Positions 9,805 through 18,746 of a stretch of DNA of 64,000 nucleotides are shown here, piece by piece. The translations under genes were made by a program, and so were the position numbers. The notes beneath the pieces were generated by a model. It was not told the origin of the DNA, did not search any database, and saw only the letters and a list, made by a program, of their open reading frames with translations. This stretch comes from Clostridia bacterium (lineage in GTDB: Bacteria; Bacillota; Clostridia; UMGS1840). Position 1 is the first letter of the stretch, and the number at the start of each line of letters is the position of its first letter. The DNA lies in the NCBI GenBank assembly GCA_017936745.1, contig JAGBEY010000002.1:57949-121948 (forward strand), read 5' to 3'.

Positions 9805-10548
9805 TTATAAGACTTTATTGAGAAATGCTTTGGTTCTTTCATTCTGAGGGTTGTTAAAAATTTCTTCCGGAGTGCCCTGCTCCATAATGACACCCTCATC
9901 CATAAAGATAACCCGGTCGGCAACCTCGCGGGCAAAGCCCATTTCGTGAGTTACCACAAGCATTGTCATACCCTCGGACGCCAGTTTTTTCATAACATCC
10001 AGCACTTCGCCTACCATTTCAGGGTCTAATGCCGAGGTAGGTTCATCAAACAGCATAACCTCCGGCTCCATACAAAGAGCACGCACAATGGCAACACGCT
10101 GTTTCTGTCCGCCGGAAAGCTGATTGGGATAAGCTTCCGCTCTGTCCTCCAGGCCTACCACACGAAGAAGCTCCATAGCTTTTTTCTGTGCTTCTTCTTT
10201 GGTTGCTTTTTTCAGCTGAACCGGTGCTAAGGTCATATTTTGTAAAATCGTCATATTGGGGAACAGATTGAAGTGCTGAAACACCATTCCCACCTTTTGT
10301 CTGTGATAATTGATATTCACCTTACGGTCGGTAATATCGGTATCTTCCAGATAAATATGCCCGCCGTTGGGAATTTCCAGTAAATTCAAGGAACGGAGAA
10401 AGGTGGATTTTCCGCATCCGGAAGGGCCGATAATTACAATCACTTCCCCTTTGGACACTTCCAAATCTACTCCGTTCAATGCTTTGATTGTTCCGTCTTT
10501 ATAGTGCTTTTTCAAGCCGGAAACGCGAATCAGCTTTTTATCGTTCAC
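9805..10548 (-). CDS. amino-acid ABC transporter ATP-binding protein
   Basis: Walker [10 protein letters not shown], signature LSGGQKQR, Walker [15 protein letters not shown] start overlaps the permease gene. Confidence 0.9.
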   Translation of the reverse strand: MNDKKLIRVSGLKKHYKDGTIKALNGVDLEVSKGEVIVIIGPSGCGKSTFLRSLNLLEIPNGGHIYLEDTDITDRKVNINYHRQKVGMVFQHFNLFPNMTILQNMTLAPVQLKKATKEEAQKKAMELLRVVGLEDRAEAYPNQLSGGQKQRVAIVRALCMEPEVMLFDEPTSALDPEMVGEVLDVMKKLASEGMTMLVVTHEMGFAREVADRVIFMDEGVIMEQGTPEEIFNNPQNERTKAFLNKVL

Positions 10549-11266
10549 TCTTTCTCAATCTCCTTTCCAAAAGCTCTACCAGCCAGGTAAAGAACATTAC
10601 CATCACAAGGTATATCACTGCAATTGCCAACAGAGGGAACAAGCTCTGATATGTAATTCCGCGGATGATGTTAGCTCCACGGGTTAAATCTGTTACCCCA
10701 ACGTAGCCGGCGATTGCAGTTTCCTTAAGCAACACGATAAATTCATTTGCCAGTGCAGGTAAGATGTTTTTAAAGGTTTGAGGAAGCACGATAAACCACA
10801 TGGTCTGCACATAATTGAGACCAAGAGAGCGACCGGCTTCGGTCTGCCCGTCATCAATACTCATAATACCGCCGCGAATGATTTCTGCAACATAAGCACC
10901 GGAATTGATACCAAATGCGATAATTCCGCACAGCATCTTATTATCCGAGCTTGCCATAATGACGAAAAAGATAATGAGAATCTGCACCATAGCGGGAGTT
11001 CCGCGAATGACAGTGAGATACACCTTACAAAACCAATTGCCCACTGCCAAAAAAAATCTTCCCACAGGGTTCTTAAGCTCGTCATACTGTTTATCATATG
11101 TGGTTCTGACCGCCGCAATTACAACCCCCAGCACAACCCCTAAAATCAAGGCGAAAAATGTGAGGATTATAGTATTTTGAATCCCTTCCACCAGATATTT
11201 CCAGCGGTTGTCTTCAATAAATGCGGTGATAAAATCCTTTTGCAGTTTTAGAATCCATTCCGGCAT
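10538..11266 (-). CDS. amino-acid ABC transporter permease (HisMQ-type)
   Basis: 242 aa polytopic protein with the EAA-like loop ...[22 protein letters not shown]. Confidence 0.9.
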   Translation of the reverse strand: MPEWILKLQKDFITAFIEDNRWKYLVEGIQNTIILTFFALILGVVLGVVIAAVRTTYDKQYDELKNPVGRFFLAVGNWFCKVYLTVIRGTPAMVQILIIFFVIMASSDNKMLCGIIAFGINSGAYVAEIIRGGIMSIDDGQTEAGRSLGLNYVQTMWFIVLPQTFKNILPALANEFIVLLKETAIAGYVGVTDLTRGANIIRGITYQSLFPLLAIAVIYLVMVMFFTWLVELLERRLRKSER

Positions 11267-11297
11267 AGCGTCTGTTTCCTTTCAAGAAAAGGACAAT

Positions 11298-11330
11298 CGT
11301 CAACCGCAGGGAGCTTCCCCGCGATTGACG
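11298..11330 (-). other. intercistronic stem-loop between the binding-protein and permease genes
   Basis: CGTCAACCGCAGGGA/TCCCCGCGATTGACG forms a 15-bp stem with 2 mismatches and a 3-nt loop. A partly T-rich run follows on the minus strand. Confidence 0.45.
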
Positions 11331-11367
11331 TTGTCTTACTGTAAATACTTGTTTTTTTCGCTGAAAA

Positions 11368-12126
11368 TTATTCAGCAGGAATGTATTTTTCGATAATGGT
11401 TTTTACAGTACCGTCTGCAATCAGTTCGCCCAGAGCTTTGTCGATGTCAGCTTTCAATTCGGGCTGGTCTTTGGAAACTGCTGCTGCATAATCTTCGGTA
11501 ATGTATTCGGTGTCTAAGATTTTTAAGCCGGGGTTGTTCTGAACAAACACTTTTGCAGGTTCATTATCAATAACCACACAGTCAACCTTGCCGGAGGTCA
11601 GTGCCATAACCGCATCTGCACCTTTGTTGTATCTTTCCACAGTGCCTAAGCCTTCATCTTCGATATCCCAGGTGCAGTATAAATCACCGGTGGTAGCCAG
11701 CTGAACACCGATTTTGTTGTTTGCACCATCTTTAAACAGATCATCAGCAGTGGTAATAGCAGAGCCATCTTTTACGATGATAACCTGAACGCCGGTTGCA
11801 TAGGTCTGAGTGAAGTCAACCTGTTCTTTTCTTTCGTCGGTTACAGTCATACCAGCCATAACGAAGTCGTATTTACCGGTCTGAACACCGGGGATTAAAG
11901 AATCAAAATCAACATTTTCAATTTTTAATTCCTTGCCCAGTTTGGTTGCGATTGCCTGTGCGATTTCCGCATCAATTCCAACGATTTTTCCATCTTCCAT
12001 ATATTCATAGGGCGGAAATTCTGCGTTGGTTGCCATAGTCAGAGTGTTTTTTTCGCCGCCGGTACAGCCTGCGAACATAGACAGCACCATAACTGCTGCC
12101 AGAACAAATAGTAATGCCTTTTTCAT
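11368..12126 (-). CDS. amino-acid ABC transporter substrate-binding lipoprotein
   Basis: Start trimmed to MKKALLFVLAAVMVLSMFAGC (lipobox) behind AAGGAGGA. The fold is periplasmic binding protein family 3-like. Confidence 0.9.
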   Translation of the reverse strand: MKKALLFVLAAVMVLSMFAGCTGGEKNTLTMATNAEFPPYEYMEDGKIVGIDAEIAQAIATKLGKELKIENVDFDSLIPGVQTGKYDFVMAGMTVTDERKEQVDFTQTYATGVQVIIVKDGSAITTADDLFKDGANNKIGVQLATTGDLYCTWDIEDEGLGTVERYNKGADAVMALTSGKVDCVVIDNEPAKVFVQNNPGLKILDTEYITEDYAAAVSKDQPELKADIDKALGELIADGTVKTIIEKYIPAE

Positions 12127-12257
12127 AATAATTCCTCCTTGCACTTTCGTGCGCTCATATGTATTCCGTTATATTATACTATACGTATCCGAAATTTTCA
12201 ATAGATTTTGGAAAATTTATTCTTCTTTTTTTCATTTGTATTACAACAACTGCAAGA

Positions 12258-13154
12258 CTACTGCAACACGATTTTCACCGAGGATGCATACTCAGACGGC
12301 GTCATTTGTGTGATTTTTTTAAATTGCTTGGAAAAATAGTGAATACTGTCGTAACCTAAAATACCTGCAATTTGTGTAAAATTATAATTATCCTCCCGGA
12401 TGAGCATTTTGGCACGGTCAATTTTCAAAAGATTAAAGTACTGCATAACTCCCATTCCCGTTTTCTCTTTAAAGAGCATTTTCAAGCCTGTTCCGCTGGT
12501 TTTGGAGTATCTTAAAACATCGTCAAAGCACAAGGGATTTCCGATATTTTCGTTTAAAAATTCAATGACATCCTCTACAATGTCGTTATCCATTCTCTCC
12601 TTTAAAACAGAAAGAGAATCCTTTCTTGCTCCCGAAATAGCATTACTGCGGTATAAGGACAGCAAAAACTGCTGAAGCCCCAGAAGAATCATCTGCTCTG
12701 CCCCGAAAAAGGCATCTTCTCTTCGGGTCAGGCTGCCTGCGTAAGGGTCGTTGAGGTCGGTTGAAAAGGCTTTTGCTCCCTCTTTAATAATGGAGGAAAG
12801 CAAATTTTTTTCTTCCTTTGTGACATGAAATACCTTGTTTTTAAAAAACTGCATCGCTTTCGATTTGCACTCAAAGGAAACGATGGCAATATTGGGTGCA
12901 ATCACTCCGTTTGAAAATACATTATGGTATTCATTCGGCTGATGGAACACCACCTCCCCTTTTTGCAAACGGTGGGTGGTATCCCCTGCAATCACATTGA
13001 TTTCTCCTTTATCTACATATAAGAATTCCCAAAAATCGTGCGCTTCTCCCGTAAATTTAAAATCCTTTGTGTATTCCAGATAGTGAATGGTAAAGATGTT
13101 TTTTATGACAAATTCTTCCTTCAGCTTTGTTTTGTGATAAGAAATAAAATCCAA
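12258..13154 (-). CDS. AraC-family transcriptional regulator
   Basis: N-terminal cupin-like sensor plus a C-terminal double HTH (...FTQIAGILGYDSIHYFSKQFKKITQMTPSEY). TTG start behind a GGGGGG run. Confidence 0.85.
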   Translation of the reverse strand: MDFISYHKTKLKEEFVIKNIFTIHYLEYTKDFKFTGEAHDFWEFLYVDKGEINVIAGDTTHRLQKGEVVFHQPNEYHNVFSNGVIAPNIAIVSFECKSKAMQFFKNKVFHVTKEEKNLLSSIIKEGAKAFSTDLNDPYAGSLTRREDAFFGAEQMILLGLQQFLLSLYRSNAISGARKDSLSVLKERMDNDIVEDVIEFLNENIGNPLCFDDVLRYSKTSGTGLKMLFKEKTGMGVMQYFNLLKIDRAKMLIREDNYNFTQIAGILGYDSIHYFSKQFKKITQMTPSEYASSVKIVLQ

Positions 13155-13172
13155 AAAAAGCCCCCCTTTTTT

Positions 13173-13757
13173 TTAATTTTGCACTTCTCTGATAAAAGGT
13201 AAAATTTCTCCCACAGGGAGCCCGACAACATTATCGAAATCTCCCTCAATTTTCTCCACAAATTCAGAAGCAATCCCCTGAATAGCATAACTTCCGGCTT
13301 TATCGAATGGCTCTTTTGTTGCAATATACTCCCGGATTTTCGATTCGGTTAATGGTTTGAAATACACCTTGGTTTCACAAACCATTTTCCGATATATTGG
13401 TTCCCCTTGGGTAACTGTTGCCAGGGTAACCCCCGTGAACACACTGTGTGCCTTACCGCTCAGCTTGGAAAGCATCAAAAAAGCATCCTGCTCATCTTTG
13501 GGTTTTCCGAAAATTTCATTTTCCAGTGCAACTACGGTATCTGCAGCAATCACAAACACATTCTGAGTCTGAAACTGTCTCGCTGCACTTTCTGCCTTAC
13601 GGTAAGATAATTCTGCCACCAATTCTGACGGCGACATAGGTTCTGTCACAGTTTCATCCGCATCAGTAACAAACACGCGAAACGAAATGTCGTGCTTTTC
13701 CAGCAATTCTTTTCGTCTGGGGGATTGGGATGCCAAGATAATTTCAAACGATTTCAT
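13173..13757 (-). CDS. maf: Maf-like nucleoside triphosphate pyrophosphatase
   Basis: 194 aa: ILASQSPRRKELL..., ...AGSYAIQG. Confidence 0.9.
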   Translation of the reverse strand: MKSFEIILASQSPRRKELLEKHDISFRVFVTDADETVTEPMSPSELVAELSYRKAESAARQFQTQNVFVIAADTVVALENEIFGKPKDEQDAFLMLSKLSGKAHSVFTGVTLATVTQGEPIYRKMVCETKVYFKPLTESKIREYIATKEPFDKAGSYAIQGIASEFVEKIEGDFDNVVGLPVGEILPFIREVQN

Positions 13758-13819
13758 TCTTTTCTCCTTTTTCTTTTATACATACAACGAAATGCATCAG
13801 CAATAAATATTCATCTTGC

Positions 13820-13848
13820 ATTATACTATAATTTGTAAAAAAAGTCAA
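13820..13848 (-). promoter_or_regulatory. sigma-A-type promoter for maf
   Basis: Minus strand reads TTGACT (13848..13843), 17-nt spacer, TATAAT (13825..13820). Confidence 0.5.
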
Positions 13849-13891
13849 TTCTCTTTGACTTTTTTTCATAAAAAGAAAGAGAGACAATCTG

Positions 13892-13920
13892 TCATAAGTA
13901 CGGACAGCCTCACATATAGT
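13892..13920 (+). promoter_or_regulatory. possible sigma-E-type promoter of the spoIIIA operon
   Basis: TCATAAG, 14-nt spacer, CATATAGT, compared with the B. subtilis sigma-E consensus kmATATT-N14-CATACAnT. This is a partial match only. Confidence 0.3.
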
Positions 13921-13941
13921 GATAAAAAAAGGAGGATGTGT

Positions 13942-14808
13942 ATGATAAACGAAGAAATCAAAGCCTACCTGCCGGAAATTCTGCATCCCTACTTTGCCTC
14001 CGACACTGAGGAAATCCGTTTTCGACGGAATCAAAAAGTAATGTTTTTATCTGCAACCGAAGAAACCATTTCTCCCGTTTTGTGTGACAAGCTTTTCTTA
14101 GAAGAATTGCTGGACAGACTGACCAAAAGCTCTCCGTACACGTATTTTGACGAAATGAAAAACGGATATTTCACTTTAGAAGGCGGTCATCGTGTGGGAG
14201 TTTGCGGAACAGGGGTGTACCAGAATGGTACCCTGTCGGATATAAGAGAAATTTCTTCTTTAAATTTCCGTATTGCCAAAGAAATCAACGGCTGTGCAGA
14301 CCCTCTATTTCCTTTGTTACAGCAGGAAAAGCTACCCGGAATCCTGCTGATATCACCGCCGGGATGCGGAAAAACCACGTTGCTCCGCGACCTGACGCGT
14401 CAGGCTTCTGATTCCAGGGCAGGCAGTAAGGTTGCCGTCATTGATGAACGCAGTGAGCTGGGCGGTGTATACCGAGGGGCATCTCAAAAGGATTTGGGAA
14501 TGCGGACAGATATTTTAAACGGATATCACAAGCCGGACGGCATACAACGGGCAGTAAGAAGCTTATCCCCCAATTTAATTGTGGTGGATGAAATTGGTTC
14601 CGCGGAGGATATAGAGGCACTGCTTTGTGCTGCCTATGCCGGGATAACAATTTTTGCCACCGTACACGGAGACATCCAGGGAGACTTTAAAAAAAAGATT
14701 AAAAAGCTGGAAGAAGAACAGGTGTTTGACTATTATATTTATTTATCTGCAAAAAATCCCAAAAACCGAATTGAGGTAATCAGAACCCGGGAGGAGGAAA
14801 CCCAGTGA
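13942..14808 (+). CDS. spoIIIAA: stage III sporulation protein AA (ATPase)
   Basis: Start moved to ATG 13942 behind AGGAGG. Walker A SPPGCGKTTLLRD, and first gene of an eight-gene spoIIIA-type array. Confidence 0.9.
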   Translation: MINEEIKAYLPEILHPYFASDTEEIRFRRNQKVMFLSATEETISPVLCDKLFLEELLDRLTKSSPYTYFDEMKNGYFTLEGGHRVGVCGTGVYQNGTLSDIREISSLNFRIAKEINGCADPLFPLLQQEKLPGILLISPPGCGKTTLLRDLTRQASDSRAGSKVAVIDERSELGGVYRGASQKDLGMRTDILNGYHKPDGIQRAVRSLSPNLIVVDEIGSAEDIEALLCAAYAGITIFATVHGDIQGDFKKKIKKLEEEQVFDYYIYLSAKNPKNRIEVIRTREEETQ

Positions 14809-15302
14809 ACAAGATTTTTGGTGTTATTCTCATGCTTTGCGGCACTGTTTCCCTGATTTTGTTACTCAACCGACAAAAGAAAAAACGGTTGGAAACCCTC
14901 TCTGCTCTGATGGAATTTTTGCGGAATCTGACGTATGATGTTACCGATTGGAAGCTGCCTCTGGAGGAAGCTGTGCTTCGCCGTTTAAAAGGCCTTTTCC
15001 CGCTTCACGACATAAGAACCCGGTTTCTCACCGAAAAAGACAGGCTGGGAATCAGAAAAGCACTTCTTTTCGCCATCGAAGCCGAAGCCTCTGTTGAAAC
15101 AGCACCCAAAGAATTGGTTGTAAGCTATCTGTCTGAGCTGGGACTGGAAAAACGAACCCCCACGGAAGAGCTGTATCATCGGGTACAAACCCGTCTGGAA
15201 GAATACTATATCGAAGAAAAAGAAGAATGTAAAGCCCACCGTCAGCTGACAGTGGGAACGGTTGGCGGCATCAGTGCCGCCGCAATGATTTTGTTATTAT
15301 AA
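14805..15302 (+). CDS. spoIIIAB: stage III sporulation protein AB
   Basis: 165 aa. GTG start overlaps the spoIIIAA stop. N-terminal TM helix, and position in the operon. Confidence 0.8.
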   Translation: MNKIFGVILMLCGTVSLILLLNRQKKKRLETLSALMEFLRNLTYDVTDWKLPLEEAVLRRLKGLFPLHDIRTRFLTEKDRLGIRKALLFAIEAEASVETAPKELVVSYLSELGLEKRTPTEELYHRVQTRLEEYYIEEKEECKAHRQLTVGTVGGISAAAMILLL

Positions 15303-15315
15303 GAGGGATGTTTCC

Positions 15316-15510
15316 ATGAATGTAGAACTGATTTTTAAAATTGCCGCCATCGGCATCATTGTTGCAATTCTCAATCAACTGCTGACCAAATCAGGACGGG
15401 ACGAGCAAGCCACCATGGTAACACTGGCAGGTCTGGTTGTGGTTTTGATTGTAATTGTGCAGGAAATTGCCTATTTGTTTGATACCATCAAAAATCTTTT
15501 TGGATTTTAA
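15316..15510 (+). CDS. spoIIIAC: stage III sporulation protein AC
   Basis: 64 aa two-TM protein: MNVELIFKIAAIGIIVAILNQLL... Confidence 0.85.
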   Translation: MNVELIFKIAAIGIIVAILNQLLTKSGRDEQATMVTLAGLVVVLIVIVQEIAYLFDTIKNLFGF

Positions 15511-15532
15511 AAAAAACGAAAGGAGACCGTAT

Positions 15533-15919
15533 ATGGATACGATTGCAAAAATTCTGGGAATTGCACTCATTGGTGCAATCATCGCGGTCTTCTTAAAAGA
15601 ACGAACACCGCAGTTTTCCATTTTAGTATCTCTTGCCACGGGAATTTTAATATTTCTTTTGGTTTCGGACAACATTCGGGAAGTGATTTTTCAGGTGAAA
15701 TCCATTGTCTCCTCCACGGGGATGGATTCTGAATCTGTAAAATTGGTATTAAAAATCTGCGGTATCGGAATATTGGCAGAATATTTCACCAACGTGATTG
15801 CCGATGCCGGCGAAACCGCCATTGCAAAAAAAGCAGAATTTGCCGCTAAAATTATCATTTTTGTAATGATTTTACCATTGGTGGGAAAGGTGGTGGACAC
15901 TGTATGGGCACTGTTTTAA
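15533..15919 (+). CDS. spoIIIAD: stage III sporulation protein AD
   Basis: ORF trimmed to MDTIAKILGIALIGAIIAVFLKE behind AGGAGA. 128 aa membrane protein. Confidence 0.85.
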   Translation: MDTIAKILGIALIGAIIAVFLKERTPQFSILVSLATGILIFLLVSDNIREVIFQVKSIVSSTGMDSESVKLVLKICGIGILAEYFTNVIADAGETAIAKKAEFAAKIIIFVMILPLVGKVVDTVWALF

Positions 15920-16968
15920 AAACAGGTGTTCTCCTGATTTTATTGCTATCACTATGTGTTTGCTCCGTATACGGACAAGAAATTCATAACCCTACCGAGG
16001 AAATTTTAGAGCTGGCACAGGACGATGCCGATACCCTCCGACAGGAAATGAAGGAAGGGTTTTCTCTCAAACGGATTCTTTCCAATATCTGGGGTGTGTT
16101 TTTTAACGAACTGAAAACCATGGCAACCGGGTTCCCTCTGCTATTCTTCGTGCTGATTCTTCAGGGTATGAAAAACTGCATGGAATTTCCACACAGTCTG
16201 GACAGAACCGTATCGCTGGGATGCTTTTCGGTGACTGCCGTTACGGCAGGCGGTATTTTTTCCGAGCTGGCACAAGCAGCAGAGGATATGATTACCCATT
16301 TGTCAGAATTTAACTATCTCACCATCCCGGCACTGACGGGACTTGTTGCCAACGGCGGCCGGGTGTTAACAGCAGCAAAAAGCACTTACTTTATTCTGGG
16401 CTTTATCAATCTTCTTACCTTTGCCATTCAAAAATTCTTTTTTCCCGGAATTTTGTTATACTTTTTGTTTTCTGTGATTTCCGCACTTTTGGAAAAAGAT
16501 TATTTTTCTGCCTTAAAATCCACCCTCTCCACTTTGATTAAAACCGCGCTGCCTCTGCTGGTTGGCATCTTTATTACAGTCTTAGGCGTGATTACCTCAG
16601 TGTCAAAATCTGCAGATGATTTAACCATCAAGACCGCAAAAATGGCACTGGGAAATTGTATTCCGTTTTTAGGCGGCGTGATTGCAGACTCCGGAGAATA
16701 TCTCATTCAGACTGTCTCCCAAATCAAAGCCCAGGCAGGCCTGGCCGGCATTTTGGTACTTTGCTACACGTTTTTAGTGCCGATTCTAAAAATTCTTGCA
16801 GGATTTTTACTGTTTCAACTGCTGTGTGTCTTATCCTGCCTGTTAAGCGACCAAAAAACTACCGGATTTTATGAAAATGCAAGCACCACATTGGGAATGC
16901 TATGCGGAATTTTAGGAACAGTCTCTATGCTTTCTATCCTGGGTATTATGATTTTAATGGGACTGTAG
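15904..16968 (+). CDS. spoIIIAE: stage III sporulation protein AE
   Basis: 354 aa with a signal peptide plus a polytopic domain. Operon position supports the call. Confidence 0.85.
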   Translation: MGTVLKTGVLLILLLSLCVCSVYGQEIHNPTEEILELAQDDADTLRQEMKEGFSLKRILSNIWGVFFNELKTMATGFPLLFFVLILQGMKNCMEFPHSLDRTVSLGCFSVTAVTAGGIFSELAQAAEDMITHLSEFNYLTIPALTGLVANGGRVLTAAKSTYFILGFINLLTFAIQKFFFPGILLYFLFSVISALLEKDYFSALKSTLSTLIKTALPLLVGIFITVLGVITSVSKSADDLTIKTAKMALGNCIPFLGGVIADSGEYLIQTVSQIKAQAGLAGILVLCYTFLVPILKILAGFLLFQLLCVLSCLLSDQKTTGFYENASTTLGMLCGILGTVSMLSILGIMILMGL

Positions 16969-16982
16969 AAGGGAACAAAGCT

Positions 16983-17408
16983 ATGGGACAACTGATGACA
17001 CCGCTGAAAGCGATGGTGCTGATTATTTTAGTCAGCGAATTTTTAAAAGAGCTTCTTATCGGAGAAGCTTACAAAAAATATATTCAATTTGCCGTGAGTC
17101 TTTTTGTATTTGGGTTTTTATTATCGGGCTTACTCCATACAGATGTCTCACTGCCCGATTTTCCGGAGGAAGCGGTAACAACAAGCGGAGAAAACCTGTT
17201 GCTTTCAAGATACGAAACCGATATTGAAACGGAAGTAGGCAGAATGCTTTCGGAAAAGAATGTGTCCTATGAGTCGGTTACAGCTGTGCTTTCTCCCACA
17301 TACGAAATCGAAACAGTCCGCATCCAGACCAAAGAAAGTCCCGAAACAATCCATACCATTCTGAAAGGAGCATTCCCTTATGAAGTGGCTCAACCAACTG
17401 CAGAGTAA
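16983..17408 (+). CDS. spoIIIAF: stage III sporulation protein AF
   Basis: ORF trimmed to MGQLMTPLKAMVLIILVSEFLKELL behind GAAGGGA. Operon position supports the call. Confidence 0.75.
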   Translation: MGQLMTPLKAMVLIILVSEFLKELLIGEAYKKYIQFAVSLFVFGFLLSGLLHTDVSLPDFPEEAVTTSGENLLLSRYETDIETEVGRMLSEKNVSYESVTAVLSPTYEIETVRIQTKESPETIHTILKGAFPYEVAQPTAE

Positions 17409-17895
17409 GCTGAACCTGAAGGTGAAAAACAAGTCTGCTTTCATTGTATTATTATTTCTGGCAGGTGCCATCTTACTGCTTTTGCCATCCCCTGAAAAAA
17501 AGCAGGCATTTTCCGACCCGCAGGTGAATATGATAAATCAGACAGACCAAACAAAAAAAGAGCTGGAAAAGCTTCTCACCAAGCTGGTTGGCTGCAAGGT
17601 TCGGGTATTGATTACTTATGCCGACAGCGGAGAAATTGAAGTGATACAAGAAGAAAACATTTCTACCCAGACACAAAAGGATATCACACAATCTCAAAAA
17701 GAAACAAAGCCTACCTTAGACAGCAATAAAAACATCCTTGTAAAAAAAAGGAGTCAACCAAACATTAAAGGCGTCAGTGTGTTTTGCTTCTCCCCTTATC
17801 AAGCATCACTGGCAGATACCCTGTGCCGCGGGGCAGCACAAGCATTGGGTGCTCCCCTCCACACGGTAGAGGTAGTTTTTCAGCCAATCACCTAA
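17380..17895 (+). CDS. spoIIIAG: stage III sporulation protein AG
   Basis: 171 aa with an N-terminal TM helix and a C-terminal ring-building-motif-like domain (...VKGVSVFC...). Operon position supports the call. Confidence 0.8.
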   Translation: MKWLNQLQSKLNLKVKNKSAFIVLLFLAGAILLLLPSPEKKQAFSDPQVNMINQTDQTKKELEKLLTKLVGCKVRVLITYADSGEIEVIQEENISTQTQKDITQSQKETKPTLDSNKNILVKKRSQPNIKGVSVFCFSPYQASLADTLCRGAAQALGAPLHTVEVVFQPIT

Positions 17896-17914
17896 AACAG
17901 AAAGGAGGTATCTT

Positions 17915-18421
17915 ATGGTACTTTTACACAAGCGAAAGGTCGCTGCTGTTATCTGCACTGCACTGTTAGCGACAGCAGGTGTTGTAAACTACATTAACCA
18001 CACCGAATCCCAAACAGTTTCCCTGGAATTGCCCCAGGCAAACGAAAGCTATGACGAAACCACCAATTACGGAGAAGCAAAGTATGTTTCCTCCGATTTA
18101 TCGTTAGAAAAAAGCCGCAGCGAAGCTGTGTCTCTGCTGCAATCTGTGTCCGAAAATGTAGATGCCGACCCTGCAAAAAAAGCAGAAGCACAGGGAGAAC
18201 TCATTCGCATTGCAAAGGATATCGAGAAAGAAGCATTGGCAGAACAAATCCTCACAGAAAAAGGATTTCAGGAGGTTAGTGTATTTTTAAATTCTCCTCA
18301 GGCAACCGTACGATTGAAATCTGACGGTCTCACAACTCAGGAATTGGCACAAATCCGTGACACCATGAAAAACGATGCGAAAATTGAACCCCAGAATCTG
18401 AAAATAATTGAAGCAAAATAA
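17915..18421 (+). CDS. spoIIIAH: stage III sporulation protein AH
   Basis: 168 aa with an N-terminal TM helix and a C-terminal YscJ/FliF-like region. AAAGGAGG RBS. Last gene of the array. Confidence 0.8.
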   Translation: MVLLHKRKVAAVICTALLATAGVVNYINHTESQTVSLELPQANESYDETTNYGEAKYVSSDLSLEKSRSEAVSLLQSVSENVDADPAKKAEAQGELIRIAKDIEKEALAEQILTEKGFQEVSVFLNSPQATVRLKSDGLTTQELAQIRDTMKNDAKIEPQNLKIIEAK

Positions 18422-18426
18422 TGAAC

Positions 18427-18455
18427 TTGTGAACTGCTTTGGAATTTGCTACAAT
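18427..18455 (+). promoter_or_regulatory. sigma-A-type promoter with extended -10, immediately after spoIIIAH
   Basis: TTGTGA (18427..18432), 17-nt spacer ending in TGc, TACAAT (18450..18455). Confidence 0.5.
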
Positions 18456-18494
18456 TTTTACGAGTAGATCGGAAAATACTTATCCGAGGTGAAA

Positions 18495-18746
18495 ATGATG
18501 AGCATAACCAACGAACAAAAACAGAAGTATTTAGAGCAAAGAAGATACTTCTATGCAGCAAGCCCCAACTATTACGGCGACAAAAACGCTGCAAAGAGCC
18601 AGACAGAAAAGCAAGAAGCTGAAAAAAAACGTCGCAACAAGCTTTTGGCCTACTTAAACGACGCCAAGAAATCAGCCATTAAACGCGGAATGTATAACCA
18701 GAAAACCTATACAAAAACCGTATCGGAGGCTGGTAAAAATGTCTGA
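18495..18746 (+). CDS. hypothetical Lys/Gln-rich 83-aa protein
   Basis: ATG 18495 behind GAGGTGA. I recognise no family. The 3' end overlaps the next ORF by 8 nt. Confidence 0.5.
   Translation: MMSITNEQKQKYLEQRRYFYAASPNYYGDKNAAKSQTEKQEAEKKRRNKLLAYLNDAKKSAIKRGMYNQKTYTKTVSEAGKNV

Noticed and set aside
13840-13868. Terminator-like hairpin AAAAAAAGTCAA-ttctct-TTGACTTTTTTT between divergent maf and spoIIIAA.
   Set aside because: No gene reads into it from either side. One arm is the -35 (TTGACT) of a well-spaced maf promoter, and the stem is almost all A-T. It is probably promoter sequence and not a terminator.
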